Source: Octopus sinensis
Taxonomy: Eukaryota
NCBI RefSeq assembly: GCF_006345805.1
Contig: NC_042998.1
Location: forward strand, 1,674,001 to 1,738,000
DNA length: 64,000 nucleotides
Reading direction: 5' to 3'
Part shown: positions 52,451 to 64,000 of the stretch, piece by piece
Layout of the letters: every line of letters begins with the position of its first letter
Position numbering within the stretch: position 1 is the first letter of the stretch
Program-made: the position numbers and the translations under genes
The notes under the pieces: model-generated
The model's database searches: none
The model's input: only the letters and a program-made list of their open reading frames with translations
Told to the model about the DNA's origin: nothing

Positions 52451-53810
52451 CTTATGTATGTATGTATGCATGTATGTATGTATGTATGTATGCATGTATG
52501 TATGTATGTATGATGTATGTATGTATGTATGTATGTATGTATGTATGCATGTATGTATGTATGTATGTATGTATGTATGCATGCATGCATGTATGTATGC
52601 ATGTATGTATGTATGTATGTATGTATGTATGTATGTATTTATGTATGTATGTATGCATGCATGCATGTATGTATGCATGTATGTATGTATGTATGTATGT
52701 ATGTATGTATGTATGCATGTATGTATGCATGTATGTATGTATGTATGTATGCATGCATGCATGTATGTATGCATGTATGTATGCATGTATGTATGTATGT
52801 ATGTATGTATGTATGCATGTATGTATGTATGTATGTATGTATGCATGCATGCATGTATGTATGCATGTATGTATGTATGTATGTATATATGTATGTATGT
52901 ATGTATGTATTTATGTATGTATGTATGTATGCATGCATGCATGTATGTATGCATGTATGTATGTATGTATGTATGTATGTATGTATTTATGTATGTATGT
53001 ATGCATGCATGTATGTATGTATGTATGTATGTATGTATGTATGTATGTATGTATGTATGCATGCATGCGTGTGTGTATGTATGTATGCATGTATGTATGT
53101 ATGTATGTATGTATGCATGCATGCATGTATGTATGCATGTATGTATGTATGTATGTATGTATGTATGTATTTATGTATGTATGTATGCATGCATGCATGT
53201 ATGTATGTATGTATGTATGTATGTATGTATGTATGTATGCATGTATGTATGTATGTATGTATGTATGTATGTATGTATGCATGCATGCATGTATGTATGC
53301 ATGTATGTATGTATGTATGTATGCATGTATGTATGTATGTATGTATGCATGCATGCATGTATGTATGCATGTATGTATGTATGTATGTATGTATGTATGT
53401 ATGCATGCATGCATGTATGTATGTATGTATGTATGTATGTATGTATGTATGTATGTATGAATGTATGTATGTATGCATGCATGCATGTATGTATGCATGT
53501 ATGTATGTATGTATGCATGTATGTATGTATGTATGTATGTATGTATGTATGAATGTATGTATGTATGCATGTATGTATGTATGTATGCATGCATGTATGT
53601 ATGTATGTATGAATGTATGTATGTATGCATGCATGCATGTATGTATGCATGTATGTATGTATGTATGCATGCATGTATGTATGTATGCATGTATGTATGT
53701 ATGTATGCATGTATGTATCTATGTATGAATGTATGTATGTATGTATGTATGTATGTATGTATGTATGTATGAATGTATGCATGTATGTATGTATGCATGC
53801 ATGAATTTGC
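52450..53810. repeat. About 1.36-kb (TATG)n array with interspersed TGCA variants
   Basis: Direct; source of the 200-400 aa MYVC/HTYI ORFs. Confidence 0.97.
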
Positions 53811-54087
53811 ATATATGAATACACACACACGAATGTAGTTAGATGAGTATGTAATAATGTCTATGTATGTATATGTTTGTATGTATGCATACACGCACAC
53901 AGATGTATACAGATGTGTGTGTAAGTGTGTGTATCTGTGTATTCCTATGTGTAAAGCCGTTCACCCCTAGGTTACCAAATACTCGCTGTAAAACACAAAA
54001 TCTTAATTTCCTTATTACTCCCCGTTGACCTTCAAAGTCACTTCGGTACCACTTCCGGTTCCTATACGTTCAATTTTTATAGTGATT

Positions 54088-54300
<213 letters not shown>

Positions 54301-55364
54301 CTGCCCTTTCAGATGAATGTAGCGAGATTCCAACATTTGTTATCTATAAGGCTTCAAAACGAAGTTTTATTTAGGTTAAAAACGAGCTAAAAACATATGT
54401 ATATATTTTAAATGGAGCCCAGTGGAGTGAAAATCTTGGTAGGATGACGTGTAAAATGTGTTTGTGGTAGTTGCGTCCCTGGCGTTCTATGTTTATATGC
54501 AGCAGACATCTTACTCAGCCTGTAAGCCTTCTAGAGACAATTAAAATAGGCTCCAAGCAGTTTACTGGTGACTAGTGTAGCAATGTGTTACTTCATACAT
54601 TTCTACATGTGGTTTAGTGTCCTAAAGTAAGAAATCGTTATGTATCCCCTCCGAATTTTTTATTTTTGGTTAGTTTGGAAGTTTTTTCCTTTTTTTGCCC
54701 CATGATCAAAATATTCGCCGAAAAGATGATGATGGCGATGGCGACGACGGTGATGATGACGGTGGTCGTGGCGGTGGTGGAGGGTTGGTAGAGGCGGCGG
54801 CAGTGGAGGCGGCAAAAGCTGAAGTGGGGTGTGGATGCTAGTGTTGGGGTGGGGGGTAGTGATGGTGGGGGTGGGGGTGCTGGTGGTGCTGGTGATGCTG
54901 GTGCTGGTGGTAGCGTTGTTGGTGATGATGGTGACGGTGGTGGTGCTGGTGCTGGTGGTGCTGGTGGTGGTCATCATCATTATCATCATCATCATCATTA
55001 TGTGAAGACGGCAACAGAAGACAAGAAAAGTAAAGAAACCTGTAGCAAGTGGAAGAGGAAAAGGAAGATTAGGATTGCAAAGTTATTCCCTCGCTGCCAA
55101 CCTACCAAGCAGTTCTACAGCATCCCGTTGTATAAGGCGTTATCACGTTTATATGAAAGCTATCTTGGCTTTCTACAAAATAATAATGTGAAGCTAGTGA
55201 AAAGAAAAGCTTGTTGAAACCGGAAACAGGCAACGAGTAACCAAGTGGCTATTGTCTGCACATTGTATATATCGATACCTGTAATGTTCTAAGGTCCTTT
55301 TCACGCGACTGGTAGCATTTGCAAGAAATTCAGACAGAATTAAGTTCCTTTTATTCGGATGTTT

Positions 55365-55530
55365 AGGCGCAGGAGTGGCTGTGTGGTAAGTAGCTTGCTT
55401 ACCAACGATATGGTTCTGGGTTCAGTCCCACTGCGTGGCACTTTGAGCAAGTGTCTTCTACTATAGCCTCGGGCCGACCAAAGCCTTGTGAGTGGATTTG
55501 GTAGACGGAAACTGAAAGAAGCCCGTCGTA
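55365..55530 (+). mobile_element. Family B SINE 5' half
   Basis: AGGCGCAGGAGTGGCTGTGTGGTAAG..CGGAAACTGAAAGAAGCCCGTCG, then a TA array. Confidence 0.9.
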
Positions 55531-55536
55531 TATATG

Positions 55537-55596
<60 letters not shown>

Positions 55597-55597
<1 letters not shown>

Positions 55598-55825
55598 AGT
55601 TCAGCAACAATTTAGATTCAAATGAATATGATACTTAATTTAGATGCACCAGAATTTTGTATGGTGTTACCCATAAAAATTTGCGGGGTGATTATAATCA
55701 AAAATAATTGGCTGAAGAGCACTCAGCATCTTAAATCTGCTGTAATACTTACAACTTTTAATAAAATGTTGTAGTGCGAAACAATTGTACCAAATTATCG
55801 GAGTCATTCTTGTTGCTTATTTTTG
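55597..55825. mobile_element. HHR family F1 element with internal inversion
   Basis: Homologous to 13196-13440, but the HHR segment is flipped relative to the GATGCACCAG segment. Inverted 9-mer CAAAAATAA (55699) / TTATTTTTG (55817). TA arrays on both sides. Confidence 0.8.
55704..55798 (+). ncRNA. Type I hammerhead ribozyme (F1), fully canonical
   Basis: ATAATTGG-CTGAAGA-GCAC...GTGC-GAAA-CAATTG-TA-CCAA(A)TTAT. All core positions present; predicted cleavage after 55789. Confidence 0.92.
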
Positions 55826-55839
55826 TGTGTATATGTATG

Positions 55840-55873
<34 letters not shown>

Positions 55874-55877
55874 ATAT

Positions 55878-56037
<160 letters not shown>

Positions 56038-56827
56038 AAAGTAAGATAGGGGTTATGGGTGTAACCCACTATGGGATAGCGTTTATCCAATATACTGTTG
56101 GTAAAGTACCCAGATTCTTAATACATAAACATTTTAATTGAAATGCAATTTACTCATTTATTGTATTAAACAGGTGAAGGTAAAGAAATAATTTTACCGT
56201 AAATTTATAATACAAATAAGAAAATGGAGAAACAAATTTAGTTTGTTCATCACACCTTTCGGATATTATAATGTTGGATTATTTATTCATTTAACAAAAT
56301 GAGAACATCAATAGCATACAAATATATCCTATAATTCAGTACATATACGATATAAGATAAGAAATAAAAATTATAAAAGTCATAACATCCAGTTCAAGTA
56401 ATAGGCTAATTGGATTCCAATAAATGTGATCCCCAGGGATGTTAGGTGAATTATATGACAAAATGAGAAGGTTGCAAAAAGTATTAGTCTGACGGAGAGG
56501 TAGTAATAGAAAGAGGTGGTGAAATCTATCAGTGAAGGCGACACCAGAGAATGGGATGGTAACGTTACTGTAACTTTCATATTAGGTAGAGACAGAGAGA
56601 AATAGTGTAACTTCTATCAGTGAAGGCGAGAACAGCGTTAAGAATGGGATGGTAACGTTACTATAGCTGTCATATACTCGTGACGTTGCATACATACTTT
56701 CTTAAATACATAGATACGACACACACACACACACACACATACACACAAAGCGGGTGTGAAGGAACACGTAGCTTTCAAGAGAGACGGCGTAGGTGGCTTT
56801 TTCTGCTGTCCATCGCAAAGAAGCACT

Positions 56828-57087
56828 CACATACATACATACATACATACATACATACATACATACATACATGCATACATACATACATACATACATACAT
56901 ACATACATACATACATACATACATACATGCATACATACACACATACATACATACATACATACATACATACATACATACATACATACATACATGCATACAT
57001 ACATACATACATACATGCATACATACATACACACATACACACATACATACATACATACATACATACATACATACATACATACATACA

Positions 57088-57118
<31 letters not shown>
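56828..57118. repeat. (CATA)n array
   Basis: Direct. Confidence 0.95.
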
Positions 57119-58049
57119 GTCTACTGTACACGATTTTAAACTCGTGATTACCTGTGTGTATGTTTGTAAATGTACACACAGGTTTACTGAGGTTTAAAGT
57201 TTAACCAAATTTACCTAATTAGAAAACAGGATTTGGAAGCTGGCATTTTCTGCATGGTAGCTGTCTATCACGAACTGAAAGCAAAATCATTAGGAGGAGG
57301 AATTTTTATTAAACAAACCAAAACAAAGCATTATGACGACCAAAGTTATAAGAACTTCTGAAGTTTTAATGAACAAAGTCATATGAAACGGTCGAACAGA
57401 CGTGTAAATGATTTAAAAAATAAAAATCCTCTACAAAGTTGTTTTGGCGAAAAATTGCACAAATCTGTCCTGATTAAGAGGCTTATCTCCCGGGGAAGGT
57501 ATGCTCTGACATAGAATAAATAAAAAATATTATATAAGACATTCTATTGTGAAAATTGCCTGACGACGGGCTATTCAGCTAGTATATATACATATATATA
57601 TACAGACACACATATATATATATATATGCATATATATATATATATATACACACACACATATATATATATATATATATGCATATATATATATATACACACA
57701 CACACATATATATATAATGAGGTATATATGCTTACATGAACGCATCTCTACGTATATAGACATGCAAGTATACACACGCAAACATATAAATATAAATATA
57801 TACGTGCATAATGTATACGTAATACACACACACACACATGTTAGAAAGCCCTTTTCATTTTAACTTGATGTATATTTTTGCTTAATTCGACAGATAAATA
57901 CACAAGCATACAAGCGAAAACTTTTGATAAATAAAACTGTGTTATCTCAAGAAGAAAAAATAACACCTATAAAAATGCGCCAATAAAATAGGTTTATTTA
58001 AAAAACAAAAAGGCATTTGATTCTATTTACCTCTCAAGTTTCAAAAGTC

Positions 58050-60800
58050 ACTGCACTTGGCAGAAGTAGCCGCTGCTCTTGTTATCGCCATTGAAAGGCT
58101 CACAAAGATTTTGTCAACAGTGGTTACTTTTGTAACTGAAAACAGTGCGGATGTCTCCGATGTAATATATCTTTTAGAACGAATATTCCAAAGAGACGGT
58201 ATGTCTGTGCTTCTATTTATTTTGGCACTAAATCCAATAATTTCTTTCAGAAAAATTCAGTAGCTATGCTTTAAGGTCTACATGAAGTATGAATATAACC
58301 AATAATTTCTTTTTGGAAGATCTATTGTGATATGTTTACAAGTATGACAAACAGCTGAATTCGATAACATTCCTGCTTCTATAAAGATGTAAAGTGTCCA
58401 AAAGAAATGAGTATATTTGAAAGCCGAGCGCCGAACAAGTACTTTCCGAATAAGAAATCATTGCGTAAATGATCTCAACAAATACTTAAAATCTCTCGGT
58501 ATTCATGAAAATATACCATGCAAAGATAATATGAACATAGATATTATACAAGACTCTAAAACATATTGTTGCTGAAGCTTAGCCTGAGCTTAGTCAGAGC
58601 TTATCCATAGCTTCGCCGGAGCTCTCTTCTTATAACAAAAAAGTATCCTACAATATGTTTTCGATACCACTGTTGGTAACCAAAATTTGGGATACTTGTC
58701 TAGCTGATTGTGAAAATATGCTTCTTAGATAACAAGACCAGTAAACCCGGAGACTATGTATTTGCTTCCACATGAATGTGATATCAATAGACTTTATCTC
58801 ATCAGAAAAGGCAGAGTACATTACTCAAGGTTACTGCAAGCGATCTTTACGTATTGTACGGAATCATTCAAACAGAATCTTCTAAACAACAGCAAGAAAA
58901 ATAAATAGGTCAACCCAGAACTCAAAACTGAGAAACGAACTCATCAAGAAGTTCTGTCTTCGATTGTGTTCCTTGCGCCCCCGCAACCGCTGGACTAGCT
59001 TATCTCTACAAAGACCTGGAAGGCAAATATTCTATATGCTTAGAATTGTTACATTTTACATGAGTATTTATTTTTCGCAGACTTGAAAATGACAATATTG
59101 GCTTCAAATTTTGGCAGAAGGCCAGTAATTTTGCGGTAGGGGTTAAGTCGATTACACTGATGTCAGTGCTCAATTGGTACTGGTTTTTATTGACCCCAAA
59201 AGGATGAAAGTAAAGTCGTCCTTGGCGGAATTTGAACTCAAAACGCAAAGACGAACGAAATGCCTCTAACGATTCTGCCAGCTCGCCGCCTTAAAGATAA
59301 TAACAATCCTGTTTGCTAAGGGCACAAGGCCTGAGGCTTGAGGAGAGGGGCTAGTTGATTACATCGACCCCAGTGTTTCACTGGTACTTAATTTATCGAC
59401 CCCGAAAGGATGAAAGGCAAAGTCGACCTCAGCGAAATTTGAACTCATAACGTAAGGACGGACGTGCTAACGATTCTGCCAGCTTGCTGCCTTAAATATA
59501 ATAATAATACTAAATGGAAGTAGAAGGCGGCGAGATGGCAGAATCTTTAGCGGCATATTCGTCCGTCTTTACGTTCTGAGTTCAAATTCCATCCAGGTCA
59601 GCTTTGCCTTTCATCCTTTCGGAGTCGATAAAATAAATACCAGTTATGCACTGGAGTCGATGTAATCGATTTAAATGCTCCCTGAACTTGCTGGCCTTGT
59701 GCCAAAATTTGAAATCAATATTAAATGAAAGTAAAGCAGTGAGCTGACAGAATCGTTAGCACGTCAGACAGAATACTTAGCGTCGTTTCTTATGTTCCGC
59801 TGAAACTCGATTTTGCCTGTCATCTGTTCGGGGTCGGTAAAATAAGTATCAGTCAAGTAATGGGAGTCGATGTAATTGACTTGCGTCCTCCCTCGAAATC
59901 GTTGCCCGTGTGCTAAAACTGTAAACAATTTGATACAATATCAAGAGGCAGTGTAGTTTAGATCGGGCTCATGATCATTGAATCATGTCACATTTTAAAG
60001 ACTACGCTTTTGCAACCCAAGATGACATCTACAAAATATCTATTGAACAAAGAAGACAATTAGCGCCTAAACCGGAGAGCAAAGAAGAAACACCTAAATG
60101 TCGATTATGACACATATCTGTAAAATATCTGTAAATGGAATTAGCAGCTGACCATTTTGAAATAGCTGCTACTGAGGAAATGCATATAATGCAGTGTGAT
60201 GTTATTACAAAAACTATATACAATGCGATTCGTAGGAAAGGCAACATTGGAATAGATATAGAAATACAGAAAATATTTGTTGTTACATACATACATACAT
60301 ACATGCATACATACATATACGCATGCATGCATACATACATATATACACAGAAAATATTTGTTGTTGAGTACATACATAAATACTCAACAACATACATACA
60401 TGCATACATACAAGCATGCATATATATATATACAATGTATATATATATATATATATATATATGCCTTTAAAACTTACACTAAATACAGTCATGACAGGTC
60501 ATTTGAAATGGACATTTAAGACAGTTATAGAGGTCAGCTGCCCTGAAGATTTGAACATTTCTTTCAAAATCAGTGAAACAGATAATAATTATGGACAACT
60601 ACTTCAAAACCTACAGTTTCTCAGCGCAGATTGTATGTTTACATTTGTATAAGTATGCAGCTGTCCAAGTGGCAATCTGGAAAAGCTGGAACTTTTAAGC
60701 AATGAAAGTGGACAGTTGACAGACACTTGACATGTAGGAACAGTAAACAGAATATATAAAAACGTGAAAAACGATTCTAAAATTTAAGATGTAATTCTTT
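58050..60800 (+). pseudogene. Decayed RLE-bearing LINE (R4/Dong-like), interrupted by SINEs and a microsatellite
   Basis: RT: RIFQRDGMSVLLFILALNP, FFLEDL, LGIHEN. Zinc knuckle/RHD region: KCRL..ISS..CDVITKTIYNAIRRK. Restriction-like endonuclease: VIEVSCPEDLNISFKISE..NYGQLLQNLQFL. Confidence 0.72.
59090..59920. mobile_element. Four family A SINEs (two minus, two plus)
   Basis: Cores at about 59190, 59400 (-) and 59600, 59820 (+). Confidence 0.85.
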
Positions 60801-61041
60801 GCCGTTATCGTTTTCTGAATTCCATCAACAGAGTTTTTGTTTCTTTGTTAGAAACCACTTCCTCCTTTAAATGAAGAATTCAAATAATTATAAGAGATAC
60901 CTGTGGATCTTATTATCCAATATTCCACAAAAATTAGAATGAAATTTCATGAAATCTAAATATGCATTCGGAGAGAAAATTGTACTTCATAATTTTTTTT
61001 TTTAATGAACGGCCTATGGGACAGTCAAAGGAGGACTACAG

Positions 61042-61390
61042 TTACCTTGGACAATTACCTTGGACAAGCTCAGATTATCAGGTGTAATGAATCCATAAGA
61101 AAGTGAAGACAAGAAGTTTGTAGTGACGCCATTTTGGGAGTCTTCAGCGCGCATGTGCAGAGTTGGATTTCTTCTGGTAGGCCGCTGGAAGTTCCCTCAT
61201 GCGCATGCGCAGAGAACTACCAACAGCAAGATTTCCCGCTGGATCTTTCTTTTCGAATCTGCAGTCGAATTGGATGGACGCACGTCCACACGATTCTCCC
61301 AAGCAAGCCAACACGCAGAGAAGCCCTTCTACGCTGGAACGAGACAGCATTTGGCTCACACAAGTTAATTAATGTGACCTAGTTTCATGG
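61042..61390 (-). promoter_or_regulatory. Probable promoter / first exon of a minus-strand gene
   Basis: Locally GC/CpG-rich non-repeat sequence. Perfect NRF1-type palindrome TGCGCATGCGCA (61200-61211), a second GCGCATGTGCA (61149-61159), YY1-type CAAAATGGCGTC (61136-61125), and downstream donors CAAG/GTAATT (61059) and CAAG/GTAACT (61046). Confidence 0.55.
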
Positions 61391-63009
61391 CCCATGGCTA
61401 CCGGTTCGCCCTGATGGAAATATATGTATATATAGTATTGCGAATCCAGAGAAATAATTATTATTTATTGCTGTTGAAGATATTCGAAGTCTTGGTTTCC
61501 TTTCGACAAATAATCTAATGTAACGGGATAAGACCTGCACCCATCAAGTGTTCCAGAGACCTTTCATCCTTGTTACAAGTTAATAACTCAAGATAGTAAA
61601 AAGAAATATGGTTATCACAGCTCTCACAAATATCGCTCACACTATTTGATTCTTTCTGAAGTGATCACAAGCAAAATGGACTTTAAAAACTTGAAAGCTG
61701 CTCAGCGTCACTGAATGTTGACATTATTATATCTGTCGGGCAAAAATGGGTGGTTGAGGCTTCCGTCTACAATAACGTCATTTGAAACGGAACATAGTAA
61801 TACTGAGGTGATTTTTTCAACAGAGAAAAGAGCTCAGCAGCTATCTTGCTCAAGCTAACAGATATGAAGAGAAAACATCATTAGCTTAGCTATAGGGCTT
61901 GAAGAGAAATATGAAATAAAAACTGACAATAATCACTAAGAATATGGTACCTGTGTACTTGACACGAAAAATACAGTCTGTATAGGGATTAAAGTAAGTT
62001 AAAAGTCTTAAAACATGCACCGACAATTTTATATCTCACCTTGAAGGTTACCTTCATATAATCCAGGTGCGAGAGATTCCAAGACAGTAGATTCTGCATG
62101 AAAGACAAAATGCATAAATGAGAAAATAATATTAGGCTACGCAATGCAAACAGAATACACTATTGCCAAATGCGAAAAAAAGTCTTCGAGATAATGCTTC
62201 TTTCCTCTGCGAGGTATGATGTGGAAGCAAGACCAATCTGTAACGAAACAGGAATTAAAAAACAACAAAAACCAATTAAAGGACGAATACATTGAAACTG
62301 ATAGATCAAAAAATATAAGTGGGACTCAAAATAATAACAAATATATTAAAGTACAAGTGACTTGATATTATTATTTGGGACCACAAAATAGAACCATCTG
62401 TTGTGGAATTCCACTGTCCATGTAACAATAATATGGTGAAAAAGATAACACAAATAAAAACAAAAGACAGCCTAACAATAACAAAAACGGCATGAGCAGC
62501 CACACGGCCCATTTCCTTATGTGCAATTGGTCCCAATCAAAAGCAACTAATATTGTCAAAATTCAATATTTTGTTTAAAAAACAAGTGGTCAGGGTTTTG
62601 CCCAGCCGCAACCAGTTTCAATTCTTTTTGGAAGTAATTTGCACCATATTGCACAATACATGAGAGTGGAACCTCTATACGGTTGCTCGCTTTGCTAGAC
62701 ATAGCAGCCTGGACGAAACATTAAGAAAGATTCTACATGCTCGCAAGGTATTCCCGAGATAGTAGCTAAATATCCCACAAATTCACATCCAATCGTCTTC
62801 GAAAATAAGAATACGGTGGATAATATGTTCCTCGGTTCTCTGTGCCTGAGAGTATGACGTTGTAATCACGGCTGGAATGGCTTTGTTCACAGGCCTGCCA
62901 GGTCAGAGTTGACCGGGATCTAAATGGTAACATACATGCATTACTCTTACCCTGCAAGAATATTGTCAACATTGCTTTCTTCTACACCATCGTCGTCGTC
63001 ATCGTCGCA

Positions 63010-63200
63010 CCACAGGCATCGTCGTTGTAGTTGTTGTTGTTGTTGTTAAGTTGCATCTCGGCACTGAGTGGACAGAGAGATGATCAAAGACGTTTCCACA
63101 GCAACTGCTCTGTCTTTTGCATATTTCCTACTACATTATACCGAGTGAAATTTGAAGGAATTTAGCGACTATTTCTACCAGGTCGAGTAACCACGAAGAA
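63010..63200 (-). mobile_element. Diverged SINE (related fragment at about 43030-43290)
   Basis: (AAC)n tail, and GCTGCTATTTCTAG / GACTATTTCTACCAGGTCGAG..CCAC head-proximal motif shared by both places. Confidence 0.5.
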
Positions 63201-63353
63201 GCAAATGGCACAAAAGCCGAGAAATGCAATTAACGTTCATGTATTTTCTAAAACATGATATAATTAGCATAAGTGTTGTAAATAGGTTTCAATTGGCAAT
63301 TAAAGCTATATTGCTTTCATAACTTCTCCACAGCATTCGCCAGTAATACCAAA

Positions 63354-63660
63354 TTACCGTATTTTTCGGCGTACAAGTCAACCTAGTATTAAGTGTAAAC
63401 ATTCAACGCAAACATTCAAACATCGCCGCGATCTTTCCGAATCCTGCTACGTTTTGCATAGAAATTTTGGTTCTCAAAAGTCATCTTGGTGTATAAGTGC
63501 TGCGGAAGGATCCTGACCCAACCCACATGACCAAAAGTGGACATGCGCATTTCAATGAAATAAAGCGGTGTTGTTGGAGAGAGAAAAGGTAGAAAGACTG
63601 CATGAATCATTCACTGGATTAATTATTCTTTCGTAAATATATGTTCGTTATGAGAAACTG
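63354..63660 (-). mobile_element. Possible pogo/Tigger-like DNA transposon end
   Basis: TACCGTATTTTTCGGCGTACAAG terminus resembles Tigger/pogo TIRs; only weak transposase C-terminal similarity inside. Confidence 0.4.
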
Positions 63661-64000
63661 CCCGATGTGATCGGGAGAGAGGATCTAATTGAACACATAA
63701 CGGACGAATAATAAAATGATGAGAGACTGCATAGAAAAAAAAATAGTAAAATGGAACGGCGAGCTTGGGGTGGGCTCGTAAGTCATTCCATCTTTTCATT
63801 TAATCTCTCATTTCACAAACATCATCCGTTATATGTCCCCCACGTTTTCTGTTGCCTGTCCTTGTAATGTCCATTCTATGTTGGGGGCTTTATGCCTAAA
63901 TAAAGAGAGGAGTTGACAGCGTTGACCGTCCTCTGTATTGGATTATTTTGTTAGTTTAATATCGTATCTACGTTTGGCGTAGTACGGAGCACCTTCGCTG

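Noticed and set aside
52384-53900. ORFs of 200-400 aa (MYVC.., HTYI..) and similar IY/CV/LSIY ORFs elsewhere
   Set aside because: Stop-free reading of (TATG)n, (TA)n, (TG)n and (TATC)n microsatellites; not genes.
54831-55217. Gly/His-rich 128-aa ORF
   Set aside because: The first half is GGT/GAT/CAT triplet repeat; the remainder has no recognisable motif.
60543-60590. CTGAAGA...GAAA as a hammerhead
   Set aside because: It is the coding sequence of the RLE endonuclease motif (PED); there is no stem I and the spacing is wrong.
62306-62559. Hydrophobic minus-strand ORFs as a membrane-protein exon
   Set aside because: Hydrophobicity comes from T-rich low-complexity sequence; no convincing splice sites or domain.

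Overview
AT-rich eukaryotic DNA that is almost entirely repeat-derived. The SINE families and the very high (TA)n/(TATG)n/(GATA)n microsatellite load resemble an octopus or other cephalopod genome (recognition, not a database result). I found no host protein-coding exon I can support, and most ORFs in the track are microsatellite read-throughs. The window holds decayed non-LTR retrotransposons (Tx1, CR1, RTE, an RLE-bearing R4/Dong-like element), Penelope-like elements (PLEs), Tc1/mariner/maT and hAT remnants, many tRNA-derived SINEs and a probable promoter/first exon near 61.1-61.3 kb. Two things stand out. (1) Three independently 5'-truncated copies of one Tx1-type LINE lie head-to-tail, each bounded on both sides by (GATA)n, which suggests a (GATA)n-specific retrotransposon. 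(2) There are at least eight type I hammerhead ribozyme (HHR) motifs from about six unrelated short elements, most of them microsatellite-flanked. One family shows covariation between copies, two families share the same partial-inversion geometry, and one element is a terminally redundant 478-bp retrozyme-like unit. Boundaries of degenerate repeats are approximate.
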